From an uncultured Chloroflexota bacterium (lineage in GTDB: Bacteria > Chloroflexota > Chloroflexia > Chloroflexales > Chloroflexaceae), in assembly GCA_903915775.1 (NCBI GenBank), contig CAIWUD010000043.1, forward strand, positions 1-44,145: DNA of 44,145 nt, given 5' to 3'. Below are positions 38,128 through 44,145 of this stretch, in pieces; the first letter of the stretch is position 1; each line of letters begins with the position of its first letter. The notes under the pieces were generated by a model that did no database searches, was not told the DNA's origin, and saw nothing but the letters and a program-made list of their open reading frames with translations. The position numbers and the translations under genes are program-made.

Positions 38128-38245
38128 GGTATCGTTCAGGTTTGGCCGCGCCGATGGTACCGTCTGACGTGATCTGAGTTAGGGATCGCTGGTGGAGGAC
38201 GTAGCCCTCCACCCCCGTCATCTGTAGCTTATCCAACAGTAGGTC
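38128..38245 (-). mobile_element. MITE-like element (subfamily A), second of tandem pair
   Basis: Direct repeat of 37999-38093 with 129-bp period; ends at the TAG of the 38245 gene. Confidence 0.68.
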
Positions 38246-40038
38246 TAGTTCTTGGGGAAAGCCTGGAGTGCGTTGAAGGCCGGGCGCGGGCTCCAGTCGC
38301 CATTGAGCACACCAAAGGCGGCCTGCTCATGGCGATCATTGCCAAAGTAGCGCCAGGGTATCGCAAAGTTCAGGTTCCAGACAAACATACCGCCGACCCA
38401 TGGCGCCCACTCATAGCGCCCAATCTCAAGGGAACGGCGCAGCCACTGGGCCTGCTGTTCAGGTGAGATGCTATTACCATACTCGTAGCCGGGGGTATTA
38501 TTCGCCGTCGCCCAGCCGAACTCCGTGATCCAGATCTGGCGATCGGCCATACCATTAGCAACGAGCACAGCGCGTGTATCTTCGATACGGCGGAAGTAGA
38601 ACTCGCTGCTGGTAAGCCAGTTAGGACCAGGACCAGGGCGATCGGGCCACTTGCTATCGGGTGGATTGTAGTGACCACCGGGGTGGAGACCAATCACGTC
38701 AACACTGCGGCGGAACTTGGGGTTCGACGCCATCTGACGCATGAACTCGAGATCGCTGATCGCGATGTCAGCACGGTTCGTATCGGTACTGGCAGGGGCA
38801 CCACTGACGACGATCGCGTAGGGATCGTTAGCCTTAATCGCGTTGTAGGCAACTTCGAGCATATCGACGTAGTATTCGGCACTTGCCACCCGTCCACCAC
38901 GTCCACCATCAGTTGCGCAATCACCGCCATTTTCACAGGCCCGGTTCTGCTCATTCCAGATCTGGTAGGCCTGAACCCGACCACGGTAGCGAGCCGCCAT
39001 CTGGCCCATGAAGTCGGCAAAATCGCGGAAGTTCTCGCGGCGCGGCATACCAGGGCCACCAGCCCATGCCGGTGAGGAGACGACACTCAGCAGCAGTTTG
39101 ACATTCTGACGGCTTGCATCGTCAACAATATTATCCAGTTCGGCCCAGAAGATCTGGCGTGACTGGTCGTGGAGATCCATCCAGCGTACCTGCTGGCGGA
39201 TCCAGGGCATGCCGGCATTCTTGGCGAGAGTCAACGCCCGGTTGCGATCCTGCCAGGCCGTACCCTGACCATAGAGGTGGGCGTTAAAGCCATAGACAAA
39301 CTGGCGGGGCAGTGCATTCGCCGTACCGGTGAGGTTGAAGGCGGGATTGTTCTTGTGGAAGCGGTCGCGATACTCATTCCCGAGGAGGCCGAGCAGAATT
39401 CGGTAACTGGGGTTCGACTGCTCCGGATGCCACTCCATGCGCTGGCGCTCGAAATATTGTACCCAGTAGGTCTTCCCATCGGCCTGGTTGACCTCCTGAA
39501 ACTGCTCACTCAGCGGGTAACCGAAGACATCAAGACCACCATTATTCACCCAGAAATCGCGAAATGGCGCAGGGCTGTTGCGCAGGGTGTGGCCAGTTTC
39601 ACCAAACCAGGTGCCATCACCAGGGTTGCCCACACGCTGGAAGGCTGGCTCACCCTCACGCCCCTTCGCCAACTCACGGCCCATGAGGCGTCCCAGAACG
39701 TAGAACCGGTTACCTTGCTGACCAAAGTTCTCCGGATGCTCCTCGAGCACAGCACGCTCAAAGTATTGTACACGGTAGAACTGGCCAGGGTTGGTGAAAC
39801 TCTCCTCAATGAACGGCTGTGAAATGGGGAAACCGAGCACAAAGAGCGCGTTCGGCGTATTCTTCCAACTCTCCAGGAACCAGTTTACCGCCGAGTGACC
39901 TGTCTCACCGAAGTAGCGTGCTTGATAGGGGGGGAAGGTGTCAGCTACCTGGGACTGGGCCGCACTCGGCTGCGGCCAGGCCACAACCGATGCCAGGGTT
40001 GCAACCAAGACCAGGGCAACAATGATCCGTCTGGCCAT
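38245..40038 (-). CDS. secreted GH5-like glycoside hydrolase with N-terminal ETGH-type repeats
   Basis: Signal peptide, two F.ETGH..F..GL..FG.P.S..VQYFER..E.HPE repeats, YQIWNEQN, IWITEFGW; ATG 40038 after GAGGAG. Confidence 0.82.
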   Translation of the reverse strand: MARRIIVALVLVATLASVVAWPQPSAAQSQVADTFPPYQARYFGETGHSAVNWFLESWKNTPNALFVLGFPISQPFIEESFTNPGQFYRVQYFERAVLEEHPENFGQQGNRFYVLGRLMGRELAKGREGEPAFQRVGNPGDGTWFGETGHTLRNSPAPFRDFWVNNGGLDVFGYPLSEQFQEVNQADGKTYWVQYFERQRMEWHPEQSNPSYRILLGLLGNEYRDRFHKNNPAFNLTGTANALPRQFVYGFNAHLYGQGTAWQDRNRALTLAKNAGMPWIRQQVRWMDLHDQSRQIFWAELDNIVDDASRQNVKLLLSVVSSPAWAGGPGMPRRENFRDFADFMGQMAARYRGRVQAYQIWNEQNRACENGGDCATDGGRGGRVASAEYYVDMLEVAYNAIKANDPYAIVVSGAPASTDTNRADIAISDLEFMRQMASNPKFRRSVDVIGLHPGGHYNPPDSKWPDRPGPGPNWLTSSEFYFRRIEDTRAVLVANGMADRQIWITEFGWATANNTPGYEYGNSISPEQQAQWLRRSLEIGRYEWAPWVGGMFVWNLNFAIPWRYFGNDRHEQAAFGVLNGDWSPRPAFNALQAFPKN

Positions 40039-40107
40039 GCTCTCTCTCCTCAAGGTGTGGGGGGCTTTGTCAAGCTAGGACGACGCATAGTAGGTACCCG
40101 CGGATAC

Positions 40108-40155
40108 ATTGTAGCAGCAGCAGCTGATAGTGTGCTGATAGTACACTGAGTAGTA
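40108..40155 (-). promoter_or_regulatory. GH5 promoter: -10 TACAAT with 11-bp-phased direct repeats
   Basis: Plus strand GCTGATAGTGT GCTGATAGTAC (40123-40144) and weaker ACTGAGTAGTA; ATTGTA at 40108-40113. Confidence 0.45.
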
Positions 40156-40249
40156 TTAGCCAAGTGTCCCGCACAGATCAGCAACTGCGCCCTTATAACC
40201 CACCGGATGGGGGCGATTATACAACAGCTTCACTGTCCGAGTAGCAGTA

Positions 40250-40338
40250 GTTGGTCAGACAAGGGGGAGCAGTGTTGGCGAAGGGCAAAGCCATCCACGA
40301 GAGGAGGTAGGACGGGTTGGCGTGGATCAGAACCAGAC
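40250..40338 (-). mobile_element. MITE-like element, degenerate
   Basis: Minus strand TA|GTCTGGTTCTGATCC..GTGGATGGC-TTT-GCCCTTCGC starting at the response regulator TAG. Confidence 0.45.
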
Positions 40339-40775
40339 TAGGGGCTACCCGAGGGATGTTTCAGGCTGATGGTAGCCAGAGGGGGATCACTGGTTGGTGG
40401 ATTGACCGCAAGGGCGGCATAGACCACGGGCAGGAGATCGCGGAGATCGATTGGCTTCGCCACATAGTGGACAACGCCGAGCTCGCGCATCTTTGCCCGT
40501 AGGCCCGGTGTATCGTACGCTGTTAACACGAGGAGAGGAATGTGGGGTCGAAAGGCGCGTACCGCTCGTAGTAACGAGAGGGTTGCACTGATCTGAGGAT
40601 TGGGATCAACGATCAAGAGATCGACATGGTCGGTGGCACAGGCCAGCCACGCCGCATTAGGCGACGAGGTGACCAGAACCGTCGACTGGCCATCGAGCAT
40701 CGTCTGTAGCCCACGCTGGGTAATGAGCGCGGCTACCGAATCATCGTCTACAATGTAGATCTGCCTGGATGGCAT
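40338..40775 (-). CDS. single-domain response regulator (CheY-like)
   Basis: IYIVDDD, DLLIVD (phospho-Asp), VLTAY, VAKP; no output domain. Confidence 0.85.
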   Translation of the reverse strand: MPSRQIYIVDDDSVAALITQRGLQTMLDGQSTVLVTSSPNAAWLACATDHVDLLIVDPNPQISATLSLLRAVRAFRPHIPLLVLTAYDTPGLRAKMRELGVVHYVAKPIDLRDLLPVVYAALAVNPPTSDPPLATISLKHPSGSP

Positions 40776-40912
40776 GGAATCCGCTACGCTCCCACAGGAG
40801 GATGCAGAGGGGCATCAAACTGCTCGCACAGCCTTCTCTATCGTAACAGTCGGTGCCAAGCGTGTGACGGCGCGACAGCGCAACTAGGAGTGACGAAGCA
40901 ACAACTTGTTGA

Positions 40913-41026
40913 GGGATGGTGACGGACCACCGTGCAACTCGCGTGCGGGAGGTATGGAGGGTGAAGCCCTCTCCAAAAAACCAACCCAACCCTGGTCCTG
41001 CCAAGGAGCAGCGAGAACCGTTACCC
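40913..41026 (+). mobile_element. MITE-like element (subfamily B) downstream of histidine kinase
   Basis: GCGTGCGGGAGGTATGGAGGGTGAAGCCCTCTCCAAAAAACCAACCCAACCCTGGT, a direct repeat of 42622-42680; last C is part of the kinase TAG. Confidence 0.68.
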
Positions 41027-42426
41027 TAGGTACTAACGGGCAGGAGGATGGTAAACGTAGTCCCCTGGCCTAGCTCACTCTCTACACTGATCCGACCGCT
41101 ATGTTGGGTAATGATATGGGCACTGATCGCCAAGCCGAGACCAGTTCCCTGGGCCTTGGTGGTATAGAAGGGTTCGAAGATATGAGCCAGATGCTCCGTC
41201 GCGATCCCCATACCCGTATCGGTGATATGAATACCGATGGTAGGAGGCGCCTCCGGGCGAGCATGGAGGAGTTGCGTAGTCACCCGCAGGTCGCCACCTC
41301 GCGGCATGGCATCACAGGCGTTGAGGATGATGTTGAGGAAGACCTGGCGTAACTGGTCAGCATGGGCCACCGTGGCGGGAAGGTCCGGGTTGAGCGTCGC
41401 CACTGCATGGATGTGGCCATGGCGTAGGTGCGTCTGCACAAGCTCCAGCGTTTCTCGCAGCAAGATATTCACACTCGTTGCGGTAAGTTCGGCGCGAGTG
41501 GGGCGGTAGAAGTCACGCATACGGGTAATAATGCGTGCAATGCGTCCAAGCTCTTGCTGGGCGATGGCGAGAAAGGCACGCTGGGGATGATCGGCGTCCA
41601 TATCCTGCTCGACGAGGTAGAGGCTGTTGCGGGCCGCATAGAGTGGGTTATTGATCTCGTGGGCCACCGAGGCCGAGAGTTCGCCAACGGCGGCGAGTTT
41701 CGCACTCTGCAGCAACTGGGCTTGAGCAGCATTCAGACGTGCCTGAGCCTCGGCGTGGAGCGACTGGGTGATCGCCAAGTCGCGCTGTAGTATGGCAGCC
41801 CTTGCCCGCTGCTGCACCTCATCGATGGCAACCGCCGTGAGATCGGCAAGGGCCTGGACAAAGGGGATATCACGCGGATGGTAGAGGTGCGCACTCACAC
41901 CGCCATAGAGGACGATGGCACCCATACGCGAGCTTTCCACACGCAACGGACAGAGTAGTGCACTGTAGGGTGGCCAACCCGGGGTGTTATGGAGTTGGTC
42001 GAGCTCATCGCTACCCAGGCGCTCAACGGCCATCTCGAGCTCAGGGCCAACGAGCAGCATTGCACGGGGTGAGAGGATCGCGATTCTAGCGAGCGCAGAT
42101 CCCGTCTGGTGATCGCCACTACCCGCCGCAGCCTGAAGTTGTAGCCGGTCATGCTCAAGGTCGAGGAGGAAGAGGTAGACAGCGCTCGTTCCGGGAAAGA
42201 TGCCAACTGCCTCACGCACTACGAGTTGCACGATCGCGTCAACATCACGGCTAATCAGCAGCGCTGCTGATATGGAAAGGATCGCGCTTAGTCGTGCACT
42301 CAACTCGATGGTACGGCGCTGCTGAAGCTCTGCCTCCTGAGCTACACTATCGGCACGCGCTTCCGCAGCATACAAGCGACCTTCGAGATCCTGGATATAA
42401 CCACGGAGACACTCAAGCTCGCTCAT
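41026..42426 (-). CDS. cytoplasmic GAF-domain sensor histidine kinase
   Basis: Coiled coil, GAF-like region, SAKLAAVGEL..VAHEINNPL, QVFLNIILNA, DTGMG, FEPFYTTK, GTGLGL; ATG 42426 after GGAG. Confidence 0.88.
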   Translation of the reverse strand: MSELECLRGYIQDLEGRLYAAEARADSVAQEAELQQRRTIELSARLSAILSISAALLISRDVDAIVQLVVREAVGIFPGTSAVYLFLLDLEHDRLQLQAAAGSGDHQTGSALARIAILSPRAMLLVGPELEMAVERLGSDELDQLHNTPGWPPYSALLCPLRVESSRMGAIVLYGGVSAHLYHPRDIPFVQALADLTAVAIDEVQQRARAAILQRDLAITQSLHAEAQARLNAAQAQLLQSAKLAAVGELSASVAHEINNPLYAARNSLYLVEQDMDADHPQRAFLAIAQQELGRIARIITRMRDFYRPTRAELTATSVNILLRETLELVQTHLRHGHIHAVATLNPDLPATVAHADQLRQVFLNIILNACDAMPRGGDLRVTTQLLHARPEAPPTIGIHITDTGMGIATEHLAHIFEPFYTTKAQGTGLGLAISAHIITQHSGRISVESELGQGTTFTILLPVST

Positions 42427-42596
42427 CGCACTATCTCCGCAATGATACAAAGGTGGATGATGGAGCGTTGGATTCTCCACCTCCCGTAAGATTGTACCAC
42501 TCTGCGCCGCTGTCTGTAGCAATCTATAGCTATGCGAATGGGTCGGTGGCAGCAGACAGAGCAAAACCTTCCCGTATCTGTTCACCGTTGGGGTAA

Positions 42597-42710
42597 GGCA
42601 CGGGTCAGATCAGCGTGACCAGCGTGCGGGAGGCGTGGAGGGCGCAGCCCTCCACAAAAAAACCAACCCAGCCTTAGTTCCGCCAGGGGAAACGTGAACA
42701 AGTACAGCAC
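42597..42710 (+). mobile_element. MITE-like element (subfamily B) upstream of histidine kinase
   Basis: TAA|GGCACGGGTCAGATCAGCGTG..GTGGAGGGC-GCA-GCCCTCCAC-A7-CCAACCCAGCC..GGGGAAACGTGAAC. Confidence 0.72.
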
Positions 42711-43075
42711 AATCGATCGTATCGATCGATTAGCCGCTCAAGCGTCACGAAACCAGGGGATGGTATGTCTACGATCAGGAGTATCCCACCGATTCTGATG
42801 GTTCATGGCTCGCCATGCTGCGCATCAATGGCACAATTCGTACCACGATCATCGATAATCTGGTACAATCGGCCATACGAATCGTGCGATTCACCCAATC
42901 ACCGAGGCTTACACGCGTCATGTAGGCATTTCTTCCCCTACCAGCCACGATGATCGCTGCCCATGCCGTAATCGTCGTGATCCGAGGTACGCGCCATGGC
43001 ATGGATTCACCTGTTTCGACCGATTCAGCAGACGCAGTGGCACCGTGATGCAATGATCATCTCCTTGGTACTGCG

Positions 43076-43582
43076 ATGAACCCTTCCCAAGCGCTACGCG
43101 CCGAGCGCACTGGTCTCACGGCAGAAGCCACCATTCTTGGCACCCTCCGTGGCCGTGGCTACCAGGAGTACGCCCCGCCGCGCCGTACGACAACGACCAT
43201 TGCCACCATTCAGCACCCCCTAGGCCTGATCGAGCTCGACCAGGCTCCCCCACGCCACGTGGTTCGCCAGTGTCTCGTCGGTACGACCATCTACGGCACC
43301 CCAGCTCTGGCCGACTTCGTCATCACCGGGGCTCCCCACTGGCCCCGTGGTCTCGCCATCGAGAGCAAGTGGCAATATGCCCCAGGATCCGTTGACGAGA
43401 AACTTCCCTTCCTCGTCTTCAGTATCCAGCGCGGCTACAGCCTCCCCACCGTCATTGTCGCTGACGGTGGTGGTCATCGTGCGGAAGCCCTCGCATGGCT
43501 GCGCCGTCAGGTTGATGGCGCACAGCTCTGCGGAGTCTTCTCGATTGTCGAGTTCCTCACCTGGGCGAACCGAACGCTCTGA
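43076..43582 (+). CDS. PD-(D/E)XK nuclease superfamily protein
   Basis: G..AE, TIYG...ADFVI, LAIESKWQ..GSVDEKLPFL, V.DGGG motifs. Confidence 0.72.
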   Translation: MNPSQALRAERTGLTAEATILGTLRGRGYQEYAPPRRTTTTIATIQHPLGLIELDQAPPRHVVRQCLVGTTIYGTPALADFVITGAPHWPRGLAIESKWQYAPGSVDEKLPFLVFSIQRGYSLPTVIVADGGGHRAEALAWLRRQVDGAQLCGVFSIVEFLTWANRTL

Positions 43583-43664
43583 GCAATGCCGTACCGTGCT
43601 CACACAACGGGCTGATCAGCGCGATGTACCACGGCAGTGGCATAACGGCAAAGGACGGCAGACA

Positions 43665-44021
43665 ATGGTACGCCACGACACCACCACTGACGATCACGGT
43701 GACAGTCAAGGTGATGGCAAAGAGCTACCGGGGCAGTGCGATGCGTGGGCGCAGACACCGCACTGGGTAATCCAGCGTTACGCTGCCGATGGCGCCCCCC
43801 GCGTGATGGTCTGCATGATCGGCAGCGTACGCCTACAGATCTTCCGCCACATCGCCCACCCAGGGCGCTGGGTTGCAGCATCGTGCGGCATCATACACGA
43901 CCTGCTGCTCAGCAGCATAACCGTGGCCGAAGCGCAGGAGGAGGCGCTCCAGCAGGTGCGCTCGCGGATCGCGCCGCCCGTGGCAGTACCGGGTGACCTC
44001 GCCGTCGAAGTGGCACGCTGA
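43665..44021 (+). CDS. hypothetical protein
   Basis: ATG 43665 after AAGGA, 118 aa; no motif recognised. Confidence 0.4.
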   Translation: MVRHDTTTDDHGDSQGDGKELPGQCDAWAQTPHWVIQRYAADGAPRVMVCMIGSVRLQIFRHIAHPGRWVAASCGIIHDLLLSSITVAEAQEEALQQVRSRIAPPVAVPGDLAVEVAR

Positions 44022-44145
44022 ACAAAAGCTCAGTCATGCCTGCGCACAAGCTCGGCTCACCCACGATCATGCATGGTCATGAACCGCGATCACGACGTGT
44101 TGAGTACGGGTATCGGCACAATGCCGGGTTCATTATGCGGTGCCA

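Noticed and set aside
37999-38245. CRISPR mini-array from repeated hairpins (also 1050-1299)
   Set aside because: The whole 125-bp unit is repeated, there are no unique spacers, only two diverged copies, and no cas genes.
40832-40845. Identical 14-mer TACGATAGAGAAGG at two putative -10 regions (also 2247-2260)
   Set aside because: A few 14-mer matches are expected by chance in 44 kb; no further shared context.

Overview
GC-rich bacterial chromosomal window. Gene content (ETGH-type repeat domains, BTAD-STAND regulator, Pro/Thr-rich lipoproteins) points to Chloroflexota, probably Chloroflexales (inference). It holds about 33 intact CDS plus pseudogenes. In order: creatininase; IS1182-like remnant; DUF4395/thioredoxin pair; malE(+X25)-malF-malG-GH38 operon opposite a BTAD/NB-ARC/TPR regulator; GT-C membrane protein; coupled NYN-methyltransferase-folB-ribD-like-MDR operon; exported phosphatase / phosphodiester glycosidase / deacetylase operon; decayed peptide ABC locus plus TIM-barrel gene; cdaA-cdaR; FadF-like oxidoreductase; methyltransferase; orphan oppDF; yebC-ruvC; two GH5 genes; GAF kinase and receiver protein; PD-(D/E)XK nuclease. 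I saw no tRNA, rRNA or CRISPR array. Main unexplained signals: (1) a dispersed 90-140 bp MITE-like family (about 14 copies or remnants) with GGCATG(G/C/T)TTCA-type terminal inverted repeats and a GTGGAGGGC-N3-GCCCTCCAC hairpin, whose terminal G completes up to nine TAG stop codons; (2) Pho-box-like 11-bp phased repeats before two neighbouring operons; (3) a CdaA with DMA in place of the catalytic DGA motif; (4) a non-folate pterin-like gene cluster. All family calls come from motif recognition by eye; no database searches were run.
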